A stretch of 64,000 nucleotides of DNA from Roseibacillus sp. (GTDB taxonomy: Bacteria; Verrucomicrobiota; Verrucomicrobiia; Verrucomicrobiales; Akkermansiaceae), in the NCBI GenBank assembly GCA_051251855.1, contig JBPOGI010000002.1, positions 352,001 to 416,000 on the forward strand, given 5' to 3'. Shown piece after piece: positions 27,332-37,915 of this stretch. A program made the position numbers and the translations under genes. The notes under the pieces were generated by a model. It saw nothing but the letters and a program-made list of their open reading frames with translations. It did not search any database and was not told where the DNA came from. Every line of letters begins with the position of its first letter. Position 1 is the stretch's first letter.

Positions 27332-28779
27332 GCTCCTTTGGCTGCCTCTTGCTGGAGAAGTTCTTCTGCGGTGGGTTCCTTTCTCTTCGAACCAATAAAT
27401 CCGAAGTAGGCGAGGTAGAGATAACCAATCAAAACAACAATGAGAGAAGCCTTAATCGAGAAGGCGTCTGCAAGGCCACCTTGCACAACGGGAAGAAGAG
27501 CTCCACCCACGATCATCATTACGAGTAGGGAGCTGCCTTGCGCGGTGTCTTTGCCCAAACCGCGAATGGAAAGGGTGAAGATGTTGGACCACATGATGGA
27601 GTTGAAGAGGCCAATTCCGATGATTCCCCAGAGGGCAAATTCGCCCGAAGCAAACATTGCGAAAACGGTTAGGACTGCCGCAACCATTGCAAAAAGCCCT
27701 ACCATGCGACCAGGAAGGGAGCGGCCGAGAATGAAGAAGATGAAGCTGAGCCCAATCATGAGCAAGTAGGGCCAGATATCTGCGAAGGCGAGGTGTTCCC
27801 CGCTGACGTTGAGCTTCTCACTGAAGGAGGCGTTGACGTAGATGATGATGAAGGAGACGACAGCAGCCGCAATCATGAGAGGCATCTTTTTACTATCGAC
27901 GATGGCGCTGAGAGAAATGGCTCCCATTAAACGACCAATCATAGCTCCACCCCAATAGAAGGCGAGATACTTGGTGGCTTGTTCCTCGGTGAGGCCCATC
28001 ACATCTTTCGCCCCCAAGTAGTTGATGAGGATACTTCCGATGGTGACTTCACAACCCACATAGAAGAAAATGGCGATCATGCCCCAGACAAAGTGCTTGT
28101 GGCGGAAGACCTTGATGCCGCGCTCAATGGTTCCTTCAACTTTGAAGGTGGGGAGTTTGATGAACTTGATGGCCAGCGCGAGGCCGAAGAGAATAACGGC
28201 TAGGCCGACATAAGGTGCTTTGACTGCTTCCACTCCGGGCTCAGCAGCTCCTTCGGTGGCTTTGGAAAAGAGAAAGAGGCCACCGATAAGAGCAGTGATC
28301 ACGTAACCCAATGAGTTGAGCCCTTGAGAAAGATTGAGGCGGGAGGGGGCCGAGGATTCGGGCCCGAGAATCGAGACATACGGATTGGCCGCAATTTGAA
28401 TGACCGTAATGCCTCCACCCAAGATAAAGAGAGCTCCTAGGAAGAGGGGGTATGAGTGAGCTTCCGCAGCAGGGTAGAATAGGCCACATCCGATACCGGC
28501 GACGCAGAGGCCGAGAATGAGTCCGTTTTTGTAACCAATCTTATTAATGGGGTCACCGCTGGAAGCAGAGATGAGGAAGTAGACGAGAGAGATGATGAAG
28601 TAAGCACCGAAGAAAGCGAATTGAACAAGGTTGGCTTGGAGCTGAGTCAGATCGAAGTCCTCTTTGAACTTCGGGATGAGCAGGTCGTTCATGCAACTGA
28701 TGAACCCCCACATAAAGAAAAGCGAGGTGACGATGGTAAACGCAAAGCGGTTTCCTGAGGTTTTCGATGAATCTGACAT
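27328..28779 (-). CDS. FucP/GluP-type sugar MFS transporter
   Basis: LFFMWGF...ND.LIP, QFAFFGAY, QIAANPY, SQGLNSLG, FFYVGCEV, NSIMWSNIF, IVGGA; start ATG 28779. Confidence 0.92.
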   Translation of the reverse strand: MSDSSKTSGNRFAFTIVTSLFFMWGFISCMNDLLIPKFKEDFDLTQLQANLVQFAFFGAYFIISLVYFLISASSGDPINKIGYKNGLILGLCVAGIGCGLFYPAAEAHSYPLFLGALFILGGGITVIQIAANPYVSILGPESSAPSRLNLSQGLNSLGYVITALIGGLFLFSKATEGAAEPGVEAVKAPYVGLAVILFGLALAIKFIKLPTFKVEGTIERGIKVFRHKHFVWGMIAIFFYVGCEVTIGSILINYLGAKDVMGLTEEQATKYLAFYWGGAMIGRLMGAISLSAIVDSKKMPLMIAAAVVSFIIIYVNASFSEKLNVSGEHLAFADIWPYLLMIGLSFIFFILGRSLPGRMVGLFAMVAAVLTVFAMFASGEFALWGIIGIGLFNSIMWSNIFTLSIRGLGKDTAQGSSLLVMMIVGGALLPVVQGGLADAFSIKASLIVVLIGYLYLAYFGFIGSKRKEPTAEELLQQEAAKGA

Positions 28780-29041
28780 GGGTTGGTTTTTTTTAGATGA
28801 TTCGCGCGACCAGAATTCCCAGTGAGCGAGTGATTCTGCGAAAATTAGGAGGTTCAAGTTGATACGACAAGGCCCTTCTGAGGTGGTGGCAGAGACTCCT
28901 TGCTCACTTCCCAGTTGGGTTACGGGTTTGAGCAAGTTTTTGGCCGGAAAGGTCAAGGCGCTTTGGTGGAAGGGCGCGGCACTGCTCTCAGGTCCCTTGT
29001 GAAAAGGATCTTTTTCCTGAAATCGGTGTTTGGATCCGTGA

Positions 29042-30496
29042 CTAAAGAAGTTTCCCTCGAATGGCGTCAGTGACGAGCTTCGGGTTGGCTTTGCCTTTGC
29101 TGGCTTTCATGACTTGGCCAGTGAGGAAGTTGATGAGCTTCTCGTTGCCTCCTTGGATGGCGGCGACTTGGTCAGGGTTGTTGGCGATGGCCTCATCGAT
29201 GAGGGCGTCGATGGCGGAATTGTCTGCGGGCTCGAAGCCCATCTCCTTAGCGAGAGCCGCCGGGTCGCTCTCGGGTTTCTCCCATAGGGCGGTGAAGAGG
29301 TCTTTTGCTTGGCTGTTAGAAATGGTTCCGGCTTCCACGAGGGAGAGGACTGCCGCCGTGGATTCGGCCTTGATGGGGGAGTCGGTGATGTCGGTGCTGT
29401 TTTCCTTGAGGATGGCCAGCAGGTTGTTGATGACCCAGTTGGCGGCCTTTTTGGGAGGGGCTTTGGTGGTGGTGGCGACAGTCTCGAAATAGTCGGAGAG
29501 CGGGCGCTCGGCGGTGAGTACTGAAGCGTCGTAGGCGGTGAGGCCAAAGTCTTTGACGAAGCGATCCGACTTATGGTGGGGAAGCTCGGGAACAAGAGGG
29601 CGCACTGTTTCTAACAACGGTTCGGTGCGAATCGGGAGAAGATCGGGGCAAGGGAAGTAGCGGTAGTCGTGGGCGTCTTCCTTGGAGCGCATCATTTGTG
29701 ATTCGCCGAGGTCGTCGTCCCAACGCCAGGTGCCTTGCTTTTGTCCGATGCCTTGGTCGAGTTCAGCGGACTGGCGGTCGATTTCGTAGTGGATGGCACG
29801 ACGAACGGCGGAGATGGAGTTGAGGTTTTTGAGCTCGATACGCTCGCCGAGTGGGTCGTCTTCGTTCTTACGGATAGAGATATTGACGTCGCAGCGCAGT
29901 TGGCCTTTTTCCATGTCGGCATCGGAAATGTCGCCGTAGATGAGGATTTGCTGAAGGGTCTTGATAAAGGCGAAGGCTTCTTCAGCGGAGTCGATGTCGG
30001 GTTCGGTGACGATTTCCATCAGGGGAGTGCCAGCGCGGTTGAAATCGACGAGGGAGTTCTTAGCGAGGTGAGTAGACTTGGCGACGTCTTCCTCGAGGTG
30101 AATGCGGTTCATCTCCACGACCTTGCCGGGGCGAACGATGTTCTTTTGATGGTCCTTGGGATAGTTGGTGTCGTAGAGAGGAACACCGCCACCGAGGCAG
30201 AGGGGGAAGTCCATCTGGGTGGTTTGGTAGTTCTTCGGCATGTCGGGGTAGAAGTAGTTCTTCCGATCCCATTTCGAAATTTCAGGAGAGCCGCAACCGA
30301 GCATGAGGCCGGCGAGGAGGGTTTTCTCGATGGCGGTCTGGTTGAGAACGGGGAGGGCACCAGGAAGTCCGAGGCAGGTAGGGCAAGTATTCGTGTTGGG
30401 CTCGTCCCCAAAAGAGGTGGGACAGGCGCAGAACATTTTGGAGTTCGTTTTGACCTGGCAATGGACTTCGAGTCCGATGGTGGGAATATACTTCAT
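29042..30496 (-). CDS. gatB: Asp-tRNA(Asn)/Glu-tRNA(Gln) amidotransferase subunit B
   Basis: IGLEVH, KMFC, RKNYFYPDMPK, HLEED, NRAGTPLMEIV, DYRYFP, GQVMKASKGKANP. Confidence 0.97.
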   Translation of the reverse strand: MKYIPTIGLEVHCQVKTNSKMFCACPTSFGDEPNTNTCPTCLGLPGALPVLNQTAIEKTLLAGLMLGCGSPEISKWDRKNYFYPDMPKNYQTTQMDFPLCLGGGVPLYDTNYPKDHQKNIVRPGKVVEMNRIHLEEDVAKSTHLAKNSLVDFNRAGTPLMEIVTEPDIDSAEEAFAFIKTLQQILIYGDISDADMEKGQLRCDVNISIRKNEDDPLGERIELKNLNSISAVRRAIHYEIDRQSAELDQGIGQKQGTWRWDDDLGESQMMRSKEDAHDYRYFPCPDLLPIRTEPLLETVRPLVPELPHHKSDRFVKDFGLTAYDASVLTAERPLSDYFETVATTTKAPPKKAANWVINNLLAILKENSTDITDSPIKAESTAAVLSLVEAGTISNSQAKDLFTALWEKPESDPAALAKEMGFEPADNSAIDALIDEAIANNPDQVAAIQGGNEKLINFLTGQVMKASKGKANPKLVTDAIRGKLL

Positions 30497-30621
30497 CGCG
30501 CGGCCCTGTTTTGACCGTGAAAGCTAGCGAAGGCACGAAGATTTTTCAGCAAAATGCCTGAAAACCAGTGCCGCATTGCACGCTTGCCCAAAAGGAGGCG
30601 GGGTGATGCCATGCAGGGAGA

Positions 30622-32346
30622 ATGTTCGCTGAGTTCCGGCCCCTTTTTCCTCATCTCAAGCCTCTGATCCCGAGGTTTCTTTTGGGAGTGGGGGCCGGAG
30701 TGGTCTACGGACTGGCCACGGGAGCAGGGCTGCCCTTGCTTTCCAAGACCGCGCTTCCGGTGATTTTTGAACGCGAGGGAGAAACAGCGGATGTCCCCCA
30801 GTGGTTTCGTGACGCCAACGAGACCCTCTTTGGTGGCGATATTGACCGGCTTGTCATTGCGAGCTGCTTTTTTATTCCCTTCGTTTTTCTGGTGCGTGCT
30901 GTGGGTAGCTATTTGAGTGGCTTTTTCATGAAGGAGGTGGGGATTCGCGCGATTGAGAACTTCCGCTGTGAAGTCTTCGATCGTTTACTCAAGCTTCCGC
31001 TGGGCTTCTTTGGCCAACATGCCTCGGGAGAGCTTCTTTCGCGGGTTCTGGGTGATACGGGAGCGATGCAAACCGCCGTCACAAAGTCGGCGGGCGACAC
31101 CATCAAGCAGCCGATGGTGTTGGTCTTTGCGATGGCTTTTCTCATCAACGAGGCCATTACCAAGGAAGGCGTTTTCTTTGCTCTGATTGGCGTTGTTACG
31201 GTGCCTTTACTCATTTTTCCCATTCGGATCCTCGGCAAACGTCTCAAAAAACGCTCCTTAGCGATGCAGGAGAAGAACGGAGAAATCACGGGGATGACTT
31301 CCGAGGTGATTCAAAACCCCCTCGAAGTGAGGGCTTACAATTTGGAACGGCAGTTGGGACGGACCTTTGGTAAACTCTCCGCCCAACGACGCAATTTGGA
31401 ACTTCGTCTCGTGCGCTATCGGGGATTGCTCTCGCCCATCGTGGAAGTAGTGGCCGCCATCGGTTTTGCATTCTCCCTCTATCTCGGAGCGCAAAAAGGC
31501 ATGGGGTTGGATGATTTTATGGGCATGCTCACGGCTCTTTTCTTGAGCTACGAGCCTATCAAAAAGCTAGGTGCACTCCATGGCATGCTCGAGCAAGCGA
31601 AGGCCTCCATGCAGCGGGTCAGATTGATTATCGATAGCGAAGATGAGATTTCAGAACCAGAGAAGCCGGTTGCCATCGACAGGCTACGGGGTGAGATTTC
31701 CTTTGAAGATGTGCGTTTTTCCTATGGAACAGAAGAGGTTCTCAAGGGGGCTTCGGTGCACATTTCTCCGGGAGAAACAGTGGCTTTGGTGGGTGAAAGC
31801 GGAGGGGGGAAGACCACTTTTGTGAATCTCATTCCGCGCTTTTATGAGGTCGCCAGTGGAGCAATCAAGGTCGATGGCCATGATGTTCGCAGCATACGCA
31901 AACACGAGTTGAGGTCTCAAATCGCCCTCGTTCCGCAAATGCCCGTTCTTTTTCGAGGCACCATTCGTGAGAATATTCTGATGGGACGGCCAGAAGCCAG
32001 CGAGGCTGAGGTTGAGAAAGCGGCCCGCATGGCTTTCGCTCATGACTTCATTGGACAACAGGAAAAAGGCTATGATACTTGGGTTTCTGAGAAGGGGAGC
32101 ACTCTCTCCGGCGGGCAACGCCAGCGCATCGCCATCGCGCGTGCCTTTCTCAAGGACGCTCCTATTCTGATCATGGATGAGGCTACGAGTGCTCTGGATC
32201 AGGAAAGCGAAGCGAAAGTGCAGGCAGCTCTGCAGGCTCTGTCAGAAGGAAGGACGACTTTGATCATTACTCACGGTCAAAGTTCCCGAAAGATGGCCGA
32301 CCGAGTTCTGGAGTTTTCGAAGGGAGTGGTTAGGCAATCGTCTTAG
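30622..32346 (+). CDS. MsbA-like ABC exporter (TMD+NBD)
   Basis: GESGGGKT, LSGGQRQRIAIARA, IMDEATSALD; heads a glycan gene cluster. Confidence 0.85.
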   Translation: MFAEFRPLFPHLKPLIPRFLLGVGAGVVYGLATGAGLPLLSKTALPVIFEREGETADVPQWFRDANETLFGGDIDRLVIASCFFIPFVFLVRAVGSYLSGFFMKEVGIRAIENFRCEVFDRLLKLPLGFFGQHASGELLSRVLGDTGAMQTAVTKSAGDTIKQPMVLVFAMAFLINEAITKEGVFFALIGVVTVPLLIFPIRILGKRLKKRSLAMQEKNGEITGMTSEVIQNPLEVRAYNLERQLGRTFGKLSAQRRNLELRLVRYRGLLSPIVEVVAAIGFAFSLYLGAQKGMGLDDFMGMLTALFLSYEPIKKLGALHGMLEQAKASMQRVRLIIDSEDEISEPEKPVAIDRLRGEISFEDVRFSYGTEEVLKGASVHISPGETVALVGESGGGKTTFVNLIPRFYEVASGAIKVDGHDVRSIRKHELRSQIALVPQMPVLFRGTIRENILMGRPEASEAEVEKAARMAFAHDFIGQQEKGYDTWVSEKGSTLSGGQRQRIAIARAFLKDAPILIMDEATSALDQESEAKVQAALQALSEGRTTLIITHGQSSRKMADRVLEFSKGVVRQSS

Positions 32347-32374
32347 GTAGGTGAATTAGGTTAGAAAAAAAGAA

Positions 32375-33469
32375 ATGGAATTTATTGATCTCAAAGCGCA
32401 GCAAGCCCTGATTAAGGATAAGATTGATGCGCGCATTGCGTCAGTGTTGGAGCACGGGCGTTACATTATGGGTCCGGAAATTCAGGAGCTTGAAGAGCGC
32501 TTGGCTGACTACGCGGGAGTGAAGCATTGTGTCTCTCTCGCGAGTGGAACAGACGCCTTGCTTGTGGCGCTCATGGCTCTCGGAGTTGGACCGGGGGACG
32601 AGGTGGTGGTGGTCCCTTACACTTGGATTTCAACCGCTGAAGTTGTTGCTCTTGTGGGAGCGACGCCTGTCTTTGTGGATGTGGAAGAGACCACCTGGAA
32701 TTTGGATCCTTCTCTGTTAGAGGCTGCCATAAGCGAGAAAACGAAAGCCATTATTCCGGTTGGGATCTATGGTCAGCCAGCCAACCTCACGGCAATCAAT
32801 GAGATCGCAGGCAAGCATGGCGATATCCCCGTGATTGAGGATGCCGCGCAGTGTTTTGGTTCAGAGCATTTCGGAAAGAAAAGCGGAGGCCTGACTCAGA
32901 TGGGATGCACCTCGTTTTTCCCTAGCAAGCCGTTGGGTTGTTATGGAGATGGAGGCGCTACTTTTACCGACGACGATGAACTCGCTCAAAAAATGCGCCA
33001 GATTCGAGTTCACGGGCAGGAGAAGAAGCATTGGCATCCGATTCTGGGATTGAATGGGCGCATGGATACCTTGCAGGCCGCTATTTTATTGCCGAAGCTG
33101 GATATTTTTGACGAGGAGATCGGGAAGCGGCAGCAAGTTGCGAGTGCCTATTCGGCTGCGATTCAGGGGAATCAACGGGGTATTCAAACGCCCGTTGTCG
33201 GGGAGGGGAATACTTCAGTGTGGGCGCAATACACTATTCTCTCACCAGAGCGGGAAGAGTTGAAGCAGGAGTTGTCAGCGAAAGGAATCCCAAGTGTGAG
33301 CTACTATGCCACTCCGCTGCACTTACAACCGGTCTTTGCTGATTTGGGTCATTCGAAGGGAGACTTCCCTGTGTCTGAAAAAATTTCGGACCAATGCTTG
33401 TCCCTGCCCATGAATCCTTATTTGAGTGAGGCGGATATCGCCCAAGTCTGTGAATCCTTTCAATCATAG
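32375..33469 (+). CDS. DegT/DnrJ aminotransferase, WbpE-like
   Basis: [35 protein letters not shown]. Confidence 0.9.
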   Translation: MEFIDLKAQQALIKDKIDARIASVLEHGRYIMGPEIQELEERLADYAGVKHCVSLASGTDALLVALMALGVGPGDEVVVVPYTWISTAEVVALVGATPVFVDVEETTWNLDPSLLEAAISEKTKAIIPVGIYGQPANLTAINEIAGKHGDIPVIEDAAQCFGSEHFGKKSGGLTQMGCTSFFPSKPLGCYGDGGATFTDDDELAQKMRQIRVHGQEKKHWHPILGLNGRMDTLQAAILLPKLDIFDEEIGKRQQVASAYSAAIQGNQRGIQTPVVGEGNTSVWAQYTILSPEREELKQELSAKGIPSVSYYATPLHLQPVFADLGHSKGDFPVSEKISDQCLSLPMNPYLSEADIAQVCESFQS

Positions 33470-33474
33470 CTTCT

Positions 33475-34134
33475 ATGGACAACTTCTTCGCGCACGAAAC
33501 AGCCATCATTGATGGCGGGGTGACCATTGGAGAGGGAACCAAGATTTGGCATTTCTCTCATGTCTGCGAGGGGGCTGTGATTGGTTCAGGCTGCAGTTTT
33601 GGGCAGAACACGATGGTGGCGGGTGGCGTCATCGTTGGGAACAATGTTAAAGTTCAGAATAACGTCTCGATTTATGCCGGGACCATCGTTGAGGATGATG
33701 TATTTCTAGGACCCTCCTGTGTGTTGACCAACGTGAGCAATCCTCGTTCGCAAGTGGTTCGCAAATCTTGTTACGAAGAAACTCGTATTTGCCGAGGGGC
33801 AACTATTGGCGCCAATGCGACCATTGTCTGTGGAATCACAATTGGGCGTTATGCTTTTGTTTCGGCAGGTGCGGTGGTGACCAAAAGTGTGCCTGACTAT
33901 GCCATGATTCTAGGAGTCCCTGGGCAGCAACGAGGGTGGATGTCGCGTCATGGGCATCCTCTTGTCGAGCGAGACAAAGAAGGGGCTTTGATTTGTCCTG
34001 AAAGCGGGCTTCGCTATCAGGAAGGTGAAGAGGGACTGCACTGTTTGGACCTTGATGAGGAGCAAGAACTGCCCAAGGCGCTTGGGGTGGGTCAGAGAAA
34101 TTATCGCGAAATTCAAGAAGAGCTGAAGAAATGA
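33475..34134 (+). CDS. Hexapeptide N-acetyltransferase, WbpD-like
   Basis: [22 protein letters not shown], hexapeptide repeats, CPESG..Y. Confidence 0.9.
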   Translation: MDNFFAHETAIIDGGVTIGEGTKIWHFSHVCEGAVIGSGCSFGQNTMVAGGVIVGNNVKVQNNVSIYAGTIVEDDVFLGPSCVLTNVSNPRSQVVRKSCYEETRICRGATIGANATIVCGITIGRYAFVSAGAVVTKSVPDYAMILGVPGQQRGWMSRHGHPLVERDKEGALICPESGLRYQEGEEGLHCLDLDEEQELPKALGVGQRNYREIQEELKK

Positions 34135-35453
34135 AGATTGTTGAAAAGCTCCAGAAGAAGGAGGCCTGTATTGGGATCGTGGGTTTAGGATACGTGGGAT
34201 TGCCTCTTGGATTGGGTTACGTTGCCAAAGGCCATCGGGTACTGGGACTTGATGTTGATGAGAAAAAGGTCGAACAAATTTTAGCGGGTCGTTCCTACAT
34301 TGAGCACATCGACGGGCAAGCTATCTCAGACGCGGTTTCCCAAGGGTTGCTATCGGCGACCACCGACTTCTCGCAGGCCAGTTCTTGTGATGCTCTTATC
34401 CTCTGCGTGCCCACGCCACTGAATCAGCACCACGAGCCAGACCTCAGTTTTGTGGTGAATACGATCAACTCTCTTCTGCCCTATTTAAAAGAGGGGCAAG
34501 CTCTGAGTTTGGAATCGACTACCTATCCAGGAACCACGGAAGAGATTCTCAAACCTAAGATCGAGAGCCGGGATTTCGAGATCGGGACTGATTTTTATTT
34601 GCTCTACTCTCCCGAAAGGGAGGACCCGGGAAATGTCGATTTCTCAGCGACGAACATTCCTAAAGTCATGGGTGGTGTTACCGAGAATTGCCAGGCTGTC
34701 GGGATGGCCTTGTATGGCGCGGTCGTCGAAAAAGTGGTGCCGGTGAGTTCGACTCAGGTGGCCGAGTTTTCCAAGTTGCTGGAGAACATTTACCGCTCGG
34801 TGAATATCGGCTTGGTCAACGAACTCAAAATTGCGGCCGACAAAATGGGGATTGATATTTGGGAGGTCATTGAGGCTGCCAAAACTAAGCCCTTTGGGTT
34901 TAAGGCTTTTTATCCCGGACCTGGTTTGGGAGGGCACTGCATTCCCATTGATCCCTTCTATCTGACCTGGAAGGCCAAAGAGTTTGGGGTTCATACCCGG
35001 TTTATCGAGTTAGCCGGTGAGATCAATGAATCGATGCCGTCCTATGTGGTCCAGAAAGTAGTGGTGGCTCTCAATTCTCGCTCTAAGTCTGTGCGAGGAA
35101 GTCGGATTCTCGTGATGGGCTTGGCCTACAAGGAAGATGTCGATGATATGAGAGAATCCCCATCTTTTCATCTCATGGATGGTTTGAAGGAACTGGGCGG
35201 AGAGGTGAGCTACTATGATCCTCATATTCCAGTGATCCCTCCTTCAAGAGAGCATTCAGAGTGGGTGGGGAAAAAGTCAATTGAGTGGTCCCGCGAGACT
35301 GTAGAGAGCTTTGATTGTGTCCTCATTGCGACGCGACACAGCAGCTTCCAGATGGAGGAGGTGGTTGAATTTGCGGACCTAATCGTAGATACTAGGAATG
35401 CCGTAGGAGCCTCTGGTCTCCAAGTGCCAGAAAGCCTGGTGGTGACGGCTTAG
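34131..35453 (+). CDS. UDP-GlcNAc 6-dehydrogenase, WbpA-like
   Basis: [44 protein letters not shown] overlap with the previous gene. Confidence 0.9.
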   Translation: MKIVEKLQKKEACIGIVGLGYVGLPLGLGYVAKGHRVLGLDVDEKKVEQILAGRSYIEHIDGQAISDAVSQGLLSATTDFSQASSCDALILCVPTPLNQHHEPDLSFVVNTINSLLPYLKEGQALSLESTTYPGTTEEILKPKIESRDFEIGTDFYLLYSPEREDPGNVDFSATNIPKVMGGVTENCQAVGMALYGAVVEKVVPVSSTQVAEFSKLLENIYRSVNIGLVNELKIAADKMGIDIWEVIEAAKTKPFGFKAFYPGPGLGGHCIPIDPFYLTWKAKEFGVHTRFIELAGEINESMPSYVVQKVVVALNSRSKSVRGSRILVMGLAYKEDVDDMRESPSFHLMDGLKELGGEVSYYDPHIPVIPPSREHSEWVGKKSIEWSRETVESFDCVLIATRHSSFQMEEVVEFADLIVDTRNAVGASGLQVPESLVVTA

Positions 35454-35472
35454 TGAGATGTAGCGGGTTTTT

Positions 35473-36408
35473 ATGAAAGTAGGAATTATTGGAGCAGGAC
35501 ACTGGGGAAAGAACTTGGTTAAGAACTTTTCGGAACTAGGCGTCTTGGAGGCGGTCGCGGATTCGGTGGAAGATAACTTGGCTTGGGTTGCCAAAGAGTT
35601 TCCAGAAGTGAAGAGAGCATATGATGCGGAGGCGCTGTTAGAGGGGGTCGAATTGGATGCGGTCGCGATTGCCACTCCTCCCCAAACTCACGCCGCTCTT
35701 GCTCGGGCGGCAATCGCGAAGGGGCTCGATGTCTTCGTTGAAAAGCCGCTGACCTTGGATTTGCAGGAAGCAGAAGAACTCTCTCGATTTGCTCAGGAGA
35801 AGGGAGCGATCCTGATGGTGGGGCATCTGTTGATGTATCAGCCTGCCATCGCTTTCATTAAGAGCTATTTGGATGAAGGCAAATTGGGGAAGGTTTTCTC
35901 ACTGAATCAACGTCGTTCGAAACTAGGAAGGGTGCGTTCGGTCGAGAACGTCCTTTGGTCTTTTGGGGTGCATGACGTAGCGGTTCTTCTCCATTTGATT
36001 GGAGAGGTGCCCGAGAAAGTGATTTCTTCGGGGCAGGGAGCGTTCACCGAGGGAGTAGCCGATGATGTCCATTTGCACCTTCAGTTTCCTTCGGGAGTGC
36101 AGGCGAATCTTCACAATTCGTGGTATTGGCCTCGAGTTGAGCGTGAATTGATCATCACGGGAGAGAAAGGGATGCTCGTGTTTGAGGAGTTGAATTCAAA
36201 AGTGATTCTTCATCGTAAAACCGTGCAATCGGATCTGAGTCATCAGGATGAAGGGGAGGAACTGTTGTTTGAAGGGGAAAGTCAGCCACTGAAATTGGAA
36301 CTCACCCATTTCTTGGAGTGCTGCCAGAACCGCCAGCAACCGCGTTCGGACGGCAGAAGCGGGGTGGAAGTGGTGAAGGTGCTCAACGAGGCTCAGATGA
36401 TGCTTTAG
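35473..36408 (+). CDS. Gfo/Idh/MocA oxidoreductase (WbpB/GnnA-like 3-dehydrogenase)
   Basis: GAGHWG, EKP, VGH, HD motifs; adjacent to wbpE/D/A-like genes. Confidence 0.8.
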   Translation: MKVGIIGAGHWGKNLVKNFSELGVLEAVADSVEDNLAWVAKEFPEVKRAYDAEALLEGVELDAVAIATPPQTHAALARAAIAKGLDVFVEKPLTLDLQEAEELSRFAQEKGAILMVGHLLMYQPAIAFIKSYLDEGKLGKVFSLNQRRSKLGRVRSVENVLWSFGVHDVAVLLHLIGEVPEKVISSGQGAFTEGVADDVHLHLQFPSGVQANLHNSWYWPRVERELIITGEKGMLVFEELNSKVILHRKTVQSDLSHQDEGEELLFEGESQPLKLELTHFLECCQNRQQPRSDGRSGVEVVKVLNEAQMML

Positions 36409-36501
36409 GAGGGGGAGAGTCCTCGATTCTAAAAAGGGCTAGTAATGCGACAGTGTTTCATCTAATTCAAAGTCAATGTTTCTACAAAGAAAGGTGAAGT
36501 A

Positions 36502-37680
36502 ATGACCGTGCTTGTTGTCATTCCGGCTCGCGCTGGCTCAAAGGGTGTTCCTGACAAAAATTTGAAGGAGTTTTGTGGCGTTCCATTGGGTGTTCGCACC
36601 GTGGAGCTTGCGAAGCAAAGTGAGGCAAAGCCGCGAGTGCTCGTCTCAACGGACTCCGAACACTATGCAACGGTTTTTAAGGAGGCGGGCGCGGAGGTTC
36701 CGTTTTTACGACCGGCTGAGCTATCGGGCGATGCCGCAAAATCGGAGGACGCCCTTCTTCACGCTCTCGATTGGCTCGAAAAGGAAGATGGCTATCAACC
36801 GGATGTGTTAGTTTTTTTACAATGCACTTCGCCGTTCCTAAGGCCTGAGGATATTGACGGGTGCTTGCGGCTCATTGAGGATGGTGCGGACTGCGCTTTC
36901 ACGGTGGCACCTTCGCATGCCTTTCTTTGGAAGCATGATTCCAGCGCTGGAGCTGTGGGGATCAATCACGACAGTTCCATTCGCTTGCGACGGCAGGACT
37001 TGGAACCCGAATTTCGTGAAACGGGTGCTTGTTATGCGATGAAAACGGCGGGCTTTTGTAAGCATCAACATCGTTTCTTCGGTAAGATTGCTTTTCATAC
37101 CGTGCCAGAAAAATGCGCCCTTGAGATTGACTCTTTGGCAGATTGGCAACTCTGCGAGACATTGGCTCAGCTGGAAATGGGCCGTTGTGAAAGAGGCTCA
37201 GGAGAGCTCCCTCAAGCGATCGTTTTTGATTTTGACGGAGTCTTTACCGATAACCAGGTTTCGGTGAGCGAGACCGGAGAGGAAGCCGTGGTCTGCAGTC
37301 GTTCCGATGGGCTGGGGGTCGCGCTTTTTCGCGAAAAGTATCCTGATGTGAAGTTGCTGATTTTGTCCAAGGAGCGAAATCCGGTCGTGCTACGACGGGC
37401 CGAGAAATTAAAACTTGAGGTCTTGCACGGTATTGACGACAAAGTGGACGTCTTATCAGGCTGGCTAAAAAGCAATGAAATCTCTTGGAAGGATATCGCT
37501 TATCTTGGAAATGATCTGAATGATTTGGGATGTCTTCGTAAGGCTGGTTTAGGTGTCGCGGTGGGGGATGCCTATCCGGAGGTAAAGTCAGTTGCGCAGC
37601 AGGTGTTAAAGCGCGACGGAGGAAAAGGTGCCGTTCGGGAATTTCTGGAGGCCTTTCTGAAAAGCGAGTGTTCAGGCTAA
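36502..37680 (+). CDS. CMP-nonulosonate synthetase fused to a KdsC-like HAD phosphatase
   Basis: IPARAGSKG..KN, VSTD, LQCTSP, RRQD, EID; then FDFDGVFTD, DG.G, GNDLND, GGKGAVRE. Confidence 0.92.
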   Translation: MTVLVVIPARAGSKGVPDKNLKEFCGVPLGVRTVELAKQSEAKPRVLVSTDSEHYATVFKEAGAEVPFLRPAELSGDAAKSEDALLHALDWLEKEDGYQPDVLVFLQCTSPFLRPEDIDGCLRLIEDGADCAFTVAPSHAFLWKHDSSAGAVGINHDSSIRLRRQDLEPEFRETGACYAMKTAGFCKHQHRFFGKIAFHTVPEKCALEIDSLADWQLCETLAQLEMGRCERGSGELPQAIVFDFDGVFTDNQVSVSETGEEAVVCSRSDGLGVALFREKYPDVKLLILSKERNPVVLRRAEKLKLEVLHGIDDKVDVLSGWLKSNEISWKDIAYLGNDLNDLGCLRKAGLGVAVGDAYPEVKSVAQQVLKRDGGKGAVREFLEAFLKSECSG

Positions 37681-37915
37681 CCCCGGGGGCTCTGCCAATA
37701 GGCTTCCCGAATAAGAATGTTAGCGAAGCCTCCAAGGTCATGACACGAGTGGCTGCTGTTTTTAATTTGAAGCTTTTTCAAGTGTCGTTCGAAGTAAAAT
37801 TGAGTAATTCTAAACTTATAACTTTCCAGCGCTTTAAGCGAAGTTGATTGAGCCTTATCGCGACAATCCTTTCCTTTTCAGCTGAACTAAAACTCCTTAC
37901 ATTCATTTGAGTCCA

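Noticed and set aside
22071..30514. Antisense ORFs over typA, GH92 and gatB (265, 341 and 259 aa)
   Set aside because: They mirror well-supported genes and look like typical antisense translations.
32375..36408. GnnA/GnnB pathway for diamino lipid A as the main reading
   Set aside because: Co-located C6-dehydrogenase and N-acetyltransferase fit the WbpABED uronic-acid pathway better; not fully excluded.
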